Positions 29,692 through 39,720 of a stretch of 64,000 nt of DNA are shown in pieces; the first letter of the stretch is position 1, and each line of letters starts with the position of its first letter. The stretch is from an uncultured Gammaproteobacteria bacterium. GTDB taxonomy: Bacteria > Patescibacteriota > Microgenomatia > Levybacterales > UBA12049. The DNA lies in assembly GCA_965230895.1 (NCBI GenBank), contig OZ246394.1, forward strand, positions 313,316-377,315. The letters run 5' to 3'. Below the pieces are notes generated by a model, which did no database searches, had not been told where the DNA came from, and saw nothing but the letters and a program-made list of their open reading frames with translations. The translations under genes and the position numbers were made by a program.

Positions 29692-29997
29692 TTAATTTCC
29701 AAGGTTTGTGAATATACCTACTGCAAGTTCAGCCCAAATGTAAAGAACGGCTAGGAGAAATATACCTCCAACAAGCATTCTCTTTGATCCTGATTTCATA
29801 TTTCTTGCTGTTACTATAAAAAGACTTCCCATACCAAATAAAAGTGTACCGATAATAATGAAATCAGATAGCGTCCAATTCCATTCAGTACTTACTTGCA
29901 TTCCAATAACAGGAACCATTAATACCATTCCTGTAGCAACTGCAAGCCATAGGAAAATCTTATTTTGCAAAATAATATCTGTTTGTTTTGTTTTCAT
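29692..29997 (-). CDS. Small 3-TM membrane protein
   Basis: WNWTLSDF, WAELAVGIF; SD AAGGAGGTGA. Confidence 0.75.
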   Translation of the reverse strand: MKTKQTDIILQNKIFLWLAVATGMVLMVPVIGMQVSTEWNWTLSDFIIIGTLLFGMGSLFIVTARNMKSGSKRMLVGGIFLLAVLYIWAELAVGIFTNLGN

Positions 29998-30020
29998 AGT
30001 TGTTCACCTCCTTTCAAAAA

Positions 30021-30296
30021 TTATTCACCAGAGACTGCAAGTCCCCAAATAAATATCACAATTGCTAGAACAGCCAATCCAGTAATAATGCGATGTTTTT
30101 TATCTTTCATATTGAGTGTGGCCAGTTCATAAAGAGTTGCGCAACCAAACAATACTACTCCACCGAAAGTATAATCAGTTCCAGTCCATGGTGCCTTTGT
30201 CAAAAAAGGTATCATGAGAATTGCTGCAACAACTCCTGCCCACGTTGCGAGACGTTTTTTGATATTTCTTGATTTGATTGTATTTACTTTAGTCAT
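30021..30296 (-). CDS. Small 3-TM membrane protein, distant paralog of 29692..29997
   Basis: ILMIP...WT.TDY, W.LAV; start overlaps the HTH gene end. Confidence 0.7.
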   Translation of the reverse strand: MTKVNTIKSRNIKKRLATWAGVVAAILMIPFLTKAPWTGTDYTFGGVVLFGCATLYELATLNMKDKKHRIITGLAVLAIVIFIWGLAVSGE

Positions 30297-30495
30297 TTTT
30301 ATACTCCAATATATCCCCTGGTTGGCAATCAAGTGCTTTACAGATTGATTCGAGTGTTGAAAATCGTATCGCTTTTGCTTTGCCGTTTTTTAAGATCGAT
30401 AAATTTGCCATAGTAATACCTACCTTTTCTGTAAGTTCAGTAACACTCATTTTTCTTTTTGCCAACATAACATCAATGTTAATTACAATTGCCAT
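30289..30495 (-). CDS. Cro/C1-type HTH regulator (YozG-like)
   Basis: ITMANLSILKNGKAKAIRFSTL..IC.AL.CQPGDILEY. Confidence 0.93.
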   Translation of the reverse strand: MAIVINIDVMLAKRKMSVTELTEKVGITMANLSILKNGKAKAIRFSTLESICKALDCQPGDILEYKND

Positions 30496-30509
30496 AATAT
30501 TTACCCTCC

Positions 30510-30986
30510 TTAGACCGTCAAATCATTTTCTGATTTTATGTCTACAGCATTTTGAAGAAGTTTTTGGAAAACCGCTGCTGCGGTTGCGATGATAGATGAA
30601 GCAAAGATTATGATAAAACCCATCATGAGAGCGCCTGCTGCATCATCGTTGCCATGATTGAGCATGATGAAAATTTCTGATCCAATGATAAATGCCGCAA
30701 GAACGATTGCACAATTCTTAATATTTCCTAGTCTATCCACAGCATTTTGTGTAAAAGCTTTATTCTTTTCTATAAGTCCAAGTAATCGGAAACCTTGATA
30801 GAGCGCTCCAAAGAAAGGAATGGAAGCTATATATCCATAGATGATAAAAGGGTCAGTATAAATACTGATGAGATCTAGGTATTTTGCTCTTCCCTCGAGT
30901 TGTGGAAACCAAAGCATACCGACGAAGACGCCGATTGCGATGAGCAAAATAACTGCTTTCAAAAATAATGTAGAACCTTTGTTCAT
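30510..30986 (-). CDS. DUF2975 (YoaS-like) membrane protein
   Basis: 4 TM, C-terminal A..IKSENDLTV. Confidence 0.9.
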   Translation of the reverse strand: MNKGSTLFLKAVILLIAIGVFVGMLWFPQLEGRAKYLDLISIYTDPFIIYGYIASIPFFGALYQGFRLLGLIEKNKAFTQNAVDRLGNIKNCAIVLAAFIIGSEIFIMLNHGNDDAAGALMMGFIIIFASSIIATAAAVFQKLLQNAVDIKSENDLTV

Positions 30987-30992
30987 ACGTTT

Positions 30993-31043
30993 ATTGTACA
31001 GTATGATTTATCGTTTGTCAATATATTAATATTGTTTATCAAT
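30993..31043 (-). promoter_or_regulatory. Sigma70 promoter and putative operator of the DUF2975-HTH operon
   Basis: TTGACA-N17-TACAAT-N6-ATG; imperfect palindromes ATCGTTTGTCAAT and ATTGTTTATCAAT. Confidence 0.65.
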
Positions 31044-31101
31044 TTATATATTGAATAAGCTTATCTTGAAGCTTAAAGTTATGTGGACTATGATATTGGG
31101 T

Positions 31102-31695
31102 ATGGAGTTTATTTTATATACAATCGTTTTGTGGAGCGCTTTTATCAGTTCAAGATTATCTGAACTTACAAAGGATAAAATTCCCATTGTAACGTTAACT
31201 CTCTCATCCGTTCTCTTTATAATACTTGCTCTTCAAATGGCTTATCCTCCATTGCTTCAAATGTTTGAGAGAAATACAGCGCTTATTGTGGATGGAGAAG
31301 TATGGAGAATTGTCACCGCACTCTTTTTCCAAGATGGAGGCTTGATTGGTGGAATCATAAATATTTTCTATCTCCTACTTATTGGAAGTGTGACAGAAAT
31401 GCGATTGGGGAAATATCGTTTCCTCATAGTCTTCTTTATGGGCGGAATACTAAGTGAATGTATTGCACTCTTATGGCAGCCAATTGGTGCCGGAAACTCT
31501 GTCGCAAATTTTGCATTGGCAGGAAGCTTGCTCTTCTTGGTGCTTACAAAGGCATCAGCAAAGTTAAAAATTCTTAGCATGATTGGATTTTTGGGAGCAA
31601 TTTTGTTGGTCTTTCTGAAAGATATTCATGGAGGTGCTGTCATTATCGGTATGCTTTGTGCAATATCCTTAACAAATGCTAAAATCAAACAATGA
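31102..31695 (+). CDS. Rhomboid family intramembrane serine protease
   Basis: GEVWRIVTALF, GAGNS (Ser), DIHG (His). Confidence 0.8.
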   Translation: MEFILYTIVLWSAFISSRLSELTKDKIPIVTLTLSSVLFIILALQMAYPPLLQMFERNTALIVDGEVWRIVTALFFQDGGLIGGIINIFYLLLIGSVTEMRLGKYRFLIVFFMGGILSECIALLWQPIGAGNSVANFALAGSLLFLVLTKASAKLKILSMIGFLGAILLVFLKDIHGGAVIIGMLCAISLTNAKIKQ

Positions 31696-32279
31696 ATATC
31701 TTTACTCATCAGGAATTTTTAGGAGGAGTAGCCATTATTCTTGGATTCATTGGGTATGCATTCTACCTACGCGGTATTTTGCAAGGAAAAGTTAAACCGC
31801 ATGCTTTCACATGGTTTGTCTGGGCTATTTTGACGACTATTGCATTTATAGCTCAAATTACACAAGGTGGTGGACCCGGATCATGGGTCACCGGATTTAC
31901 TGCGCTTTGTAGCTTTGGGTTTGCAATAATTGGTCTTGGAGCTTCATCCCGCATATTTATAAGTAAAAGCGATTGGATCTTTTTCATTGGAGCTTTATTA
32001 TCTATTCCGATTTGGTACTTCAGTGGTAACCCATTATGGTCTGTAATCATTATTACTATTATTGATGCCGTAGCATTTGCTCCGACCTTTCGTAAAGCTT
32101 TTTTTCATCCGGATACCGAAAATAGTTGGACTTATACACTTTCTGGGATAAAGTTTATTGTCAGTTTATTTGCTTTGGAACACTTTACATGGACGACTGC
32201 GTTGTATCCAGCTTCACTTGTCATCGCAAACATCGCGTTTGTAGGAATGGTCTTATGGCGAAGAAGCCTCAAGAAATAG
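31692..32279 (+). CDS. Membrane protein with PQ-loop-like duplicated architecture
   Basis: 7 TM, KPH.FTW..W, PT.RK....P.TE. Confidence 0.65.
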   Translation: MNIFTHQEFLGGVAIILGFIGYAFYLRGILQGKVKPHAFTWFVWAILTTIAFIAQITQGGGPGSWVTGFTALCSFGFAIIGLGASSRIFISKSDWIFFIGALLSIPIWYFSGNPLWSVIIITIIDAVAFAPTFRKAFFHPDTENSWTYTLSGIKFIVSLFALEHFTWTTALYPASLVIANIAFVGMVLWRRSLKK

Positions 32280-32390
32280 ATTACTTACTAATGCTTACCT
32301 AAAAATAATGAAAAGCCCTGAAATACTTAACTTTCTATTACTATACCTTCATTCAAATCTATTGTTGACGATCTATGATTAGAGTTAATC

Positions 32391-33011
32391 ATGGATAAAG
32401 ATAAACAATTAAAAGCATTGGTATTAAATTGTACCCTTAAAAAGTCTCCAAGCGAATCAAATACTGAAGCTCTCGTGCAAGAAGTTATTACTAAATTAAA
32501 GGAAAAAGATGTAGAAGTCGAAACTATACGCATTGTCGACTATAATATTCTTCCAGGTGTACAGACTGATGAAGGTAACGGTGATGAATGGCCCATGGTG
32601 CACCAAAAGATTCTTGATTCAGAAATTATTATCGTTGCAACACCCACATGGGTAGGACATCCATCAAGTATAGCTCAACGGGTTTTGGAGCGAATGGACG
32701 CAATGATTTCAGAAACTGGAGAGAATAAGAAACCTATTTGCTATGACAAAGTTGCTGGAGTTGTTGTTACAGGTAATGAAGATGGCGCGCATCATGTCAT
32801 TTCAGAAATATCAGGGGGGCTTATAGATATTGGATTTACAATTCCTGCAAATGCTTGGACGTATTGGAATAAAGGTCCAGGTCCTGGAGAAACATATTTA
32901 GAAACCGACTACAAACATGATTGGTCTAAGACCACAGGTGAAACAGCTGCATTAAACCTCTATACCGTAGCAAAAGCGTTACAAATGAATCAGCTTTCAA
33001 AAGCGAGTTAA
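32391..33011 (+). CDS. Flavodoxin-like NAD(P)H-dependent FMN reductase family protein
   Basis: NCTLK.SP..SNT, ATPTW.G, VTGNEDGAHH. Confidence 0.88.
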   Translation: MDKDKQLKALVLNCTLKKSPSESNTEALVQEVITKLKEKDVEVETIRIVDYNILPGVQTDEGNGDEWPMVHQKILDSEIIIVATPTWVGHPSSIAQRVLERMDAMISETGENKKPICYDKVAGVVVTGNEDGAHHVISEISGGLIDIGFTIPANAWTYWNKGPGPGETYLETDYKHDWSKTTGETAALNLYTVAKALQMNQLSKAS

Positions 33012-33025
33012 GGAGGTGATTAGTT

Positions 33026-33238
33026 ATGCATATTAAAGGAATACATTGGTTATTTTTAGTTTTGCTTATAATTGGAGGCTTAAATTGGGGTCTCGTAGGC
33101 CTGTTCAACTTTAATCTTGTTTCGGTATTATTTGGAACAGATACGCTATTATCTAAGATTGTTTACATACTTGTTGGGATATCTGCGGTATACACAATCG
33201 CTTCATCAGCAATAGGATCAAATAGAAAAGCTGTATAA
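33026..33238 (+). CDS. DUF378 family small membrane protein
   Basis: LLIIGGLNWGLVG.F.FNLV, YILVG.SA. Confidence 0.92.
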   Translation: MHIKGIHWLFLVLLIIGGLNWGLVGLFNFNLVSVLFGTDTLLSKIVYILVGISAVYTIASSAIGSNRKAV

Positions 33239-33241
33239 AAA

Positions 33242-33775
33242 TTAAAAAGGATATCCCTTAAGGCCTTGAATTCCTTTAAGCGCGGAAATTTCTCCCATGA
33301 TAGGATATGCATGCCCACTGATAAGGTTGGCTATAAAATCATACATTTTCTTTTTCCCCATTCCCATCATACTGAGATCAATATCTTTTTCTAGATCTTT
33401 ATCTGTCAATGTCGCCACATACTTTTCCGTTTCGGAAAAAACTGCTTTTGCGTATTTATCGAATTGCTTCATATCCAGCTTTACTTCTTTCAGCCACTTT
33501 GGGTAAGCAACTTCCCATTCCATTGGATGAACTTCACTTGCGCCTGTATTTCCCTTATATGTTGTGTCCATAAGAGGTTTGGTTTTCTTAAGGAAATTAT
33601 GCACGAACATATCTTCAGAGAAAACCAAATGTGCGTATGTCCCAGCGATTGGATTGGCTTTTCCAGGAGGCATATAATGAGCAACCTCTTCAGTAACTCC
33701 ATTCATAGTTTGACCAAGTGCACCATGAACTGCTTTAAGCTGTGTGAGGAGGATTTCTACACCAATATTATTCAT
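33242..33775 (-). CDS. DinB superfamily protein
   Basis: ANPIA..YAH...SED, H...MGEISALKG.QG.KGYPF. Confidence 0.75.
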   Translation of the reverse strand: MNNIGVEILLTQLKAVHGALGQTMNGVTEEVAHYMPPGKANPIAGTYAHLVFSEDMFVHNFLKKTKPLMDTTYKGNTGASEVHPMEWEVAYPKWLKEVKLDMKQFDKYAKAVFSETEKYVATLTDKDLEKDIDLSMMGMGKKKMYDFIANLISGHAYPIMGEISALKGIQGLKGYPF

Positions 33776-33839
33776 GTGGTTAGTATAACAGATAGTACTA
33801 ATTCACTTCCACATAAATGTATATTTCCATTATAAATTT

Positions 33840-34442
33840 CTAAATAAGTGTGGACCAGTAGTACCAGAATTTAATAAGGATAGTACCAATAATAAGTGCA
33901 TACCAAAGGTACAAGATGCTTAAATGAAATTTCAATAGCTTAGCTAACCACTGCGGTGCTTTCAAATGTCCTTCACGGATATTGTAAACGGTTGTATATA
34001 AGAAAATCGGTATAGTCACCGCCCACACAATCATGCAATATGGACATAAAGCTTCAATGACAAAGACACTTTGATAAAAGAGCCAATGTATAAATACCAA
34101 TCCTAATACCGTTCCAAGCTCCAGTCCAAGCCAGAACCACCGTTTAAATGTAGCGCCTGCAAAAAGTGCCATCCCGACAGTTACAACAATCGCGAATCCA
34201 GCAATCCCCAACAATGGATTTGGAAAGCCGAAAAGCTCTGCTTGCCATGATTTCATTACGGAGTTGCAACTGATAAGTGGACTAATAGTGCACGGAGCAA
34301 TGTGATTCGGGTCCTTAAGTACTGCAATTTTCTCTACAGTAATTACAAAAGCAAAAAAGAAGCCTATGATGCCTAGGATAGTTAAAAGCCATGGAAGTAT
34401 TCTTCTCAATTTATTCTTTGGAGTTTGTTCACTTTTTTTCAT
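33840..34442 (-). CDS. Vitamin K epoxide reductase (VKOR) family disulfide-formation protein
   Basis: C.ISP.ISC..V..S.QA..FGFPN, LCPYC. Confidence 0.92.
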   Translation of the reverse strand: MKKSEQTPKNKLRRILPWLLTILGIIGFFFAFVITVEKIAVLKDPNHIAPCTISPLISCNSVMKSWQAELFGFPNPLLGIAGFAIVVTVGMALFAGATFKRWFWLGLELGTVLGLVFIHWLFYQSVFVIEALCPYCMIVWAVTIPIFLYTTVYNIREGHLKAPQWLAKLLKFHLSILYLWYALIIGTILIKFWYYWSTLI

Positions 34443-34496
34443 GTAAAATGATTATACTGCTAAATTCTTTTTTTAGAAAGATGATTAGCATTTATT

Positions 34497-34853
34497 TTAG
34501 CCGATAAACTTTTTGACTTCACCAAGAAGATGCGCTACAGAAAAGGGTTTGGCAATGAAGCCATCAGCTCCATACTCTTTTGCGGATTTCTTTGCACCCG
34601 GATGTGCAGAGATCATGAGGACTGGGATATTTTTTGTTTGAGTATCAATCTTTAGTAATTCACAAAGTTTTCTGCCATCATGCCCTGAAAGCAGTACATC
34701 AAGTAAAATTAAATCCGGTTTGTAATTTGTTATTTTTTTGAAGGTCTCATCACCATTTACTGTAGTTTCTGAGGCATAACCTCCCGATTCAAGTACCAAT
34801 TGTACTGCGAGCAGGATATCAGGATCATCATCGATAACTAAAACTTTTTTCAT
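34497..34853 (-). CDS. Single-domain response regulator
   Basis: IDDD, LLDV, ISAH, AKPF. Confidence 0.92.
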   Translation of the reverse strand: MKKVLVIDDDPDILLAVQLVLESGGYASETTVNGDETFKKITNYKPDLILLDVLLSGHDGRKLCELLKIDTQTKNIPVLMISAHPGAKKSAKEYGADGFIAKPFSVAHLLGEVKKFIG

Positions 34854-34863
34854 AGGAGTACAC

Positions 34864-35988
34864 TTATTTTTTACCCGTTATGTAAGGGAGCTTAAAGTAG
34901 AAGGTTGAGCCTTTACCCTTTTCACTTTTTACCCACATGCTCCCGTTATGGAGGCTTAATATTTCGTTACTTACATGTAAACCAATTCCCATTCCAGGAA
35001 AGGTTCTTTCATCTTCACCACTGACACGGAAAAATCTTTCAAATACCTTTTCATGAAATTGTGAATCAATGCCTATGCCAAAATCTTGAACTCCCACAAT
35101 GACATTGTCATTATCTGATTCTAAGTTGATAATAATCTTGTCTGCTCTCGGAGAATATTTAATTGCATTTGAAAGAAGATTAGTGAGTACTTGCCCAATT
35201 CGCTCACTATCACCTTTTATAAATTTTCCAGTTGTACCTTTTTTAATAAGTGAATGGTGCGTGGTCATTTGCATTGTTTCAATGATTTCGTCAATAAGTT
35301 TATCGAAATTAAATTTCTTATTTTCCATCTTCAATCGACCTGTTTGTACACGTGTTAATTCAAGTAAATCCTCTATAAGTTTTGTTAATTTATTTGTTTG
35401 TTGATTAATTCGTTGGATATATGGGAGGTATTCTGTATGTCCGTTTTTATTTATTAACTGTTCAAGAAGCTCTCCAAATGCTTTCTGACTTGTTATAGGG
35501 GTTTTTAATTCATGACTCGCAGTATTAACGAACTCATCTCGTCTTCTTTCTTGTTCCTTTCTGTCCGTAATATCTCTAGCAATTTTTGAAGCTCCTATAA
35601 TAGTTCCCTGAGAATCTCGAATTGGTGAAACAGTGATAGAAACATCAATGATTTTTCCTTTCTTTGTCATACGTTTGGTTTCATAATGTTCAACACGTTT
35701 TCCTTCATGGAGCTGCTTCATAATATATGGAAAATCATCTTTCTTTTCTGGAGGCATAAGGATTGATACCGGTTTTCCAATTATTTCATTTGGTGTATAT
35801 CCATAGAGTCTTTGGGCACCTTTGTTCCATGAAGTGATATAACCTTCTACAGATTTACTGATAATAGCATCATCAGAAGATTCTACGATAGCTGCCCAAT
35901 GAAGTAATTTCTCCATCATAAGAAGCATAGTGTCTGTATCAGTATTGGTTGTTACTGGTGTTATTTTTGCCTGTTTCTTATCTTTCAT
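34864..35988 (-). CDS. Soluble PAS histidine kinase
   Basis: AIVESSDDAII..WNKGA..LYGY...RDIT; ASHELKTP; NAIKYS, DFGIGI, GMGIGL. Confidence 0.94.
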   Translation of the reverse strand: MKDKKQAKITPVTTNTDTDTMLLMMEKLLHWAAIVESSDDAIISKSVEGYITSWNKGAQRLYGYTPNEIIGKPVSILMPPEKKDDFPYIMKQLHEGKRVEHYETKRMTKKGKIIDVSITVSPIRDSQGTIIGASKIARDITDRKEQERRRDEFVNTASHELKTPITSQKAFGELLEQLINKNGHTEYLPYIQRINQQTNKLTKLIEDLLELTRVQTGRLKMENKKFNFDKLIDEIIETMQMTTHHSLIKKGTTGKFIKGDSERIGQVLTNLLSNAIKYSPRADKIIINLESDNDNVIVGVQDFGIGIDSQFHEKVFERFFRVSGEDERTFPGMGIGLHVSNEILSLHNGSMWVKSEKGKGSTFYFKLPYITGKK

Positions 35989-36222
35989 TTTAATACGTAT
36001 GGATTCTATTAGTGTAAATGAATTAATTGTCTTGGAGCTGTTAAATCAATGTTCCTTCTACAAATTTGTTCAAGTGTAGCACACTACTCAAAGAATTATC
36101 TGTAAGAAATTAGCAACGATTATATTTTTATCTTGCCAATACCTACCAAAGCATCATATATTTATGTTATTAAAATTATAAAATGCCTTGACTGCATTTT
36201 TATCGAGTGTTACATTAGATTC

Positions 36223-36660
36223 ATGAAAGTCAAACATATAGATCACCTTGGTATTAATGTTCAGGATCTTACAGCAGCAAAGACATTTTTTACTGATCTT
36301 GGTTTTACTGTAGTTGGAGAATCTTCAATGCAGGGCGAGTTACTCGATAAAGTCATCGGGCTGAAGGATGCAAGGACAGAATTTGTAATGCTTCAAGCAC
36401 CAGATGGTCAATTAAACCTGGAAGTGATTAAGTATCATCAGCCGATCGATAAAGATGGTATTCAGATACAAGATGCAAATGCACTCGGTATGCGACATTT
36501 AGCTTTCCAAGTTGATGATATAGAGGAAATTGTAGCTTCCCTGAAAGAAAAAGGCCATGAGTTGGTTGGTGAAATGCAGAATTATGAAAATATATGGAAG
36601 CTTTGCTATATCCGAGGGCCAGAGGGGATTATTATTGAGTTAGCAGAACGGCTTGAGTAA
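36223..36660 (+). CDS. VOC/glyoxalase family protein
   Basis: DHLGINV.DL, RHLAF.VDD, RGPEG.IIEL. Confidence 0.9.
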   Translation: MKVKHIDHLGINVQDLTAAKTFFTDLGFTVVGESSMQGELLDKVIGLKDARTEFVMLQAPDGQLNLEVIKYHQPIDKDGIQIQDANALGMRHLAFQVDDIEEIVASLKEKGHELVGEMQNYENIWKLCYIRGPEGIIIELAERLE

Positions 36661-36684
36661 CTCCACTATGCTAAAATAAAGAAA

Positions 36685-37053
36685 ATGGAAGCACAACCCG
36701 CAAAAAAACATCGAATTTTTACCATGCCGTTTGCCCGAGTTTATCCGGAATATGTAAATAAGGCTGAGAGAAAAGGACGAACAAAAGCAGAAGTTGATGA
36801 TATTCTTCGTTGGTTAACCGGTTATAGCCAAAAAGAATTGGAAACGCAGATTGAAAAGCAAACAGATCTCGAGACATTTCTCACCGAGGCTCCTCATCCA
36901 AATCCTTCCCGAGCTTTAATTACTGGTGTTGTGTGTGGTATCCGGGTGGAAGAGATTAAAGAACCAATGATGCAAGAGATTCGATATATGGACAAACTTG
37001 TTGATGAACTAGCAAAAGGCAAACCAATGGAAAAAATCTTACGGAAAGTGTAA
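36685..37053 (+). CDS. DUF2200 family protein
   Basis: [12 protein letters not shown]....[19 protein letters not shown]. Confidence 0.92.
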   Translation: MEAQPAKKHRIFTMPFARVYPEYVNKAERKGRTKAEVDDILRWLTGYSQKELETQIEKQTDLETFLTEAPHPNPSRALITGVVCGIRVEEIKEPMMQEIRYMDKLVDELAKGKPMEKILRKV

Positions 37054-37060
37054 CGTGCAG

Positions 37061-37702
37061 TTACCTTTTAATTCGGAACTTTATATGCGTGACATCTGGA
37101 GAATCAATGACTCTCATTTTTTCGAATTCTACATCGCCTAAATTCTCAAGCAACCGTCTCCCGCCACCAAGTAGGATAGGAGAAACATGAATTTGTAACT
37201 CGTCAACAAAGCCCGCTTTGATAGCTTGTTGAATTACATCAGCCCCACCAGAAACTTGAATATTTTTATCGCCTACCGCTTCCTTGGCTTGTTTAAATGC
37301 ACTTTCGATTCCGTTGTTTACAAAGATAAATGTTGTTCCTCCTTCTTTTTCAACATTCTCACGTTTGTGTTTGGTTAAGATAAAAACTGGTGCATGAAAT
37401 GGTGGTGTATCTCCCCACCAACCATCAGCATTTGTATCTTTTTCCCACGGACCACTGCCTCCACTATACATTTTGCGACCCATGATAAAAGCACCAATAT
37501 TGGCGGTTGACTCCTGCATCACTTCATCATCTTGTCCTGATTCTCCACCAGTAAGTCCATGTTTTTCTCTCCAAGATTTTAATTTTATAACCCACTCATG
37601 GAGTTTCTCTCCATTGCGTCCTAATGGTTCTTCAAGAGTTGGATTTGGACCTGCGACGAATCCATCAAGTGACATTGAAATATCTGCGATAACTTTTCCC
37701 AT
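37061..37702 (-). CDS. Dihydrofolate reductase-like (RibD C-terminal) protein
   Basis: SLDGFVAGP, MGRK, GGA, P.LLG.G. Confidence 0.9.
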   Translation of the reverse strand: MGKVIADISMSLDGFVAGPNPTLEEPLGRNGEKLHEWVIKLKSWREKHGLTGGESGQDDEVMQESTANIGAFIMGRKMYSGGSGPWEKDTNADGWWGDTPPFHAPVFILTKHKRENVEKEGGTTFIFVNNGIESAFKQAKEAVGDKNIQVSGGADVIQQAIKAGFVDELQIHVSPILLGGGRRLLENLGDVEFEKMRVIDSPDVTHIKFRIKR

Positions 37703-37716
37703 AACTAACATTATTT

Positions 37717-38403
37717 TTACGCTTTAGGAGCAAAAGATGCAAGTACTAAGACGATAGCTACAATTGCTGCAAGAATCAAGAAAATCTTGAAGAATACTTT
37801 AGCAAGCTTTGTCGAAGTAGAAGGAGGTACCGGTTTATTTGGGTCTGCAGCATCAGTAACAGGCGCTGTATCATGGAGTCCGAATACTTCTTTAATCGGC
37901 CAACGGGTTAAAGGTGGACCATATCTGGTATCTGCTTTTGCCCCCGGAAGGAACAATAATAATAATAAAACTATGCCAGCCATATAGCCATAGACCTGCA
38001 AAATGGTAGTGGCAATCGCTGGAAACGTTGGCATGTGTATACCAGTGGCAGACAACAGATAGATACCTATATTAATAGTTGAATAGAGTGTATAAGGTAC
38101 TGTGGACAGGACGAAAAAACCACTTTTATTTATGTCATGCAATCTTCGAACTTGAAAGGAAGCTAAGTAAAAGTTCGTAATTACCGTGAAGATAATGAGT
38201 AGTGTCATTGCTGCGGGTATAGGACCAAGAATGAAGATTAATGGTGCTGCTACTGCTTTCAACGCTGTCCATACGATAAATACAAGAACAAGAATTCCGC
38301 TCAAGTATGCACTTCTATTCAGTCTGCCTCTAAAGGTTCGTTTGAAAAATAATGAAATTTGTTTGGGTTGAATATTCAAGCTGGATATATTAAATATGTT
38401 CAA
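37717..38403 (-). CDS. DUF805 membrane protein
   Basis: GRLNR..Y, VRRLHDINKSG, YGP. Confidence 0.85.
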   Translation of the reverse strand: MNIFNISSLNIQPKQISLFFKRTFRGRLNRSAYLSGILVLVFIVWTALKAVAAPLIFILGPIPAAMTLLIIFTVITNFYLASFQVRRLHDINKSGFFVLSTVPYTLYSTINIGIYLLSATGIHMPTFPAIATTILQVYGYMAGIVLLLLLFLPGAKADTRYGPPLTRWPIKEVFGLHDTAPVTDAADPNKPVPPSTSTKLAKVFFKIFLILAAIVAIVLVLASFAPKA

Positions 38404-38423
38404 CCATATGCTGTCAATATCGG

Positions 38424-39020
38424 TTATGAACTTTTAAGCTGCTTGTCTGGTTCATACGTAGCAAAGATAAGTCCTCCAGAGAGAATTTTGCCTTCGACAA
38501 ATCTAAAGCGTTCAGGTTGTGTGCCACCGCCAAACAGTTTTTTCCCAGTACCAACTGTGACGGGAAAGGTCCAAATATGCATACGATCAACAAGATTATT
38601 TTTGAGTAATGTTTGTATAAGTTTGCTACTTCCCCAAACCCAGAGATCAGGACCATCAGTGTCTTTGAGCTTTTTAATTTCTGCTAGAATATCTCCTGTA
38701 ATCAGTTCTGAATTATCCCAAGTGAGATCAAAAGGTTGGTGTGCAACCACAAATTTCTTTGCTTTATCAAATGGCTTCCCCCAATGCGGCTCATCTTTGT
38801 GCTTTGGCCAATAGCCAGCAAAGATTTCATAAGTTTTTTTACCCAAAAGCATATCTGAGGGTTCTGACAATAATTTATCTGTTATTTTATCTGCTTCTTC
38901 GTCCCATTCCTTTTGCCAGCCGCCATATTTAAAACCTTCACTTGCATCTTCTTTTGAAGCGCCAGGAGCTTGCATGACGCCATCAAGGCTAAGCATAGTT
39001 GTAGTGATAATCTTTCTCAT
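38424..39020 (-). CDS. Dihydrofolate reductase-like (RibD C-terminal) protein
   Basis: SLDGVMQAPG, LLGKKTY, VWGS, G.GKKLF. Confidence 0.92.
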   Translation of the reverse strand: MRKIITTTMLSLDGVMQAPGASKEDASEGFKYGGWQKEWDEEADKITDKLLSEPSDMLLGKKTYEIFAGYWPKHKDEPHWGKPFDKAKKFVVAHQPFDLTWDNSELITGDILAEIKKLKDTDGPDLWVWGSSKLIQTLLKNNLVDRMHIWTFPVTVGTGKKLFGGGTQPERFRFVEGKILSGGLIFATYEPDKQLKSS

Positions 39021-39025
39021 ACGAA

Positions 39026-39634
39026 TTATTCGGATGCTTTCAATAGCTCTGCAGGCGCATATGTAGCTATGACAACGCCTGTATTTGAGATCTTTGCATC
39101 AACTTGTTTGAATCGTTGTGGTAGTGTCCCATCTGCAAATAGTCTTTTCCCGGTGCCGATGGTGATCGGATATGTCAAAATAATCATTTGATCGATTAAA
39201 TGGTTTTGGAGAAGGGTTTGGATGAGTTTGCTACTCCCCCAAACATGTAAATCAGGACCATCAGTTTGCTTCAGTTTCTTTAACTCCTCTACAACGTCCC
39301 CTGTGATGAGCTTTGAATTATCCCACGAAAGATCAATTGATTGATGCGCGACGACGTATTTAGTGGCTCTATCGAATGGTTGTCCTACCTGCGGTTCATC
39401 TTTGTACTTTGGCCAGTAGCCTTTCCATATATCGTATGTTTTGCGTCCTAGCAAAAGATCAAAAGGGCCCGACATGATCTGCGTCATGAACTCTTCAGCT
39501 ATCGGATCTTTTTCATTCCAATCAATTTGCCAACCGCCATACTTGAATCCATCTTCTCGATCTTCATCATTTCCTCCCGGTGCCTGCATGACACCATCAA
39601 GAGTGACGAAAGTAATAGTAATAATTTTTCTCAT
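39026..39634 (-). CDS. Dihydrofolate reductase-like (RibD C-terminal) protein, tandem paralog
   Basis: TLDGVMQAPG, LLGRKTY, VWGS, G.GKRLF. Confidence 0.92.
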   Translation of the reverse strand: MRKIITITFVTLDGVMQAPGGNDEDREDGFKYGGWQIDWNEKDPIAEEFMTQIMSGPFDLLLGRKTYDIWKGYWPKYKDEPQVGQPFDRATKYVVAHQSIDLSWDNSKLITGDVVEELKKLKQTDGPDLHVWGSSKLIQTLLQNHLIDQMIILTYPITIGTGKRLFADGTLPQRFKQVDAKISNTGVVIATYAPAELLKASE

Positions 39635-39648
39635 AACTTGATGCATTT

Positions 39649-39681
39649 AATGTAACAAACGTGTTGTGAAACATGTGTAAG
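39649..39681 (-). promoter_or_regulatory. Direct-repeat box plus -10 element
   Basis: Minus strand CTTACA-N5-TTCACA-N10-TACATT. Confidence 0.5.
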
Positions 39682-39720
39682 AATTTATAAATAGTAATCA
39701 TTACCTGCTAAAATATATTC

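Noticed and set aside
35989-36222. Riboswitch or sRNA in the 234-bp gap upstream of the PAS kinase
   Set aside because: AT-rich with no stable stems or known aptamer motif; explained by divergent promoters.
37061-39634. True folA or trimethoprim-resistance DHFR genes
   Set aside because: Motifs match the RibD C-terminal/DHFR-like family, not canonical FolA.
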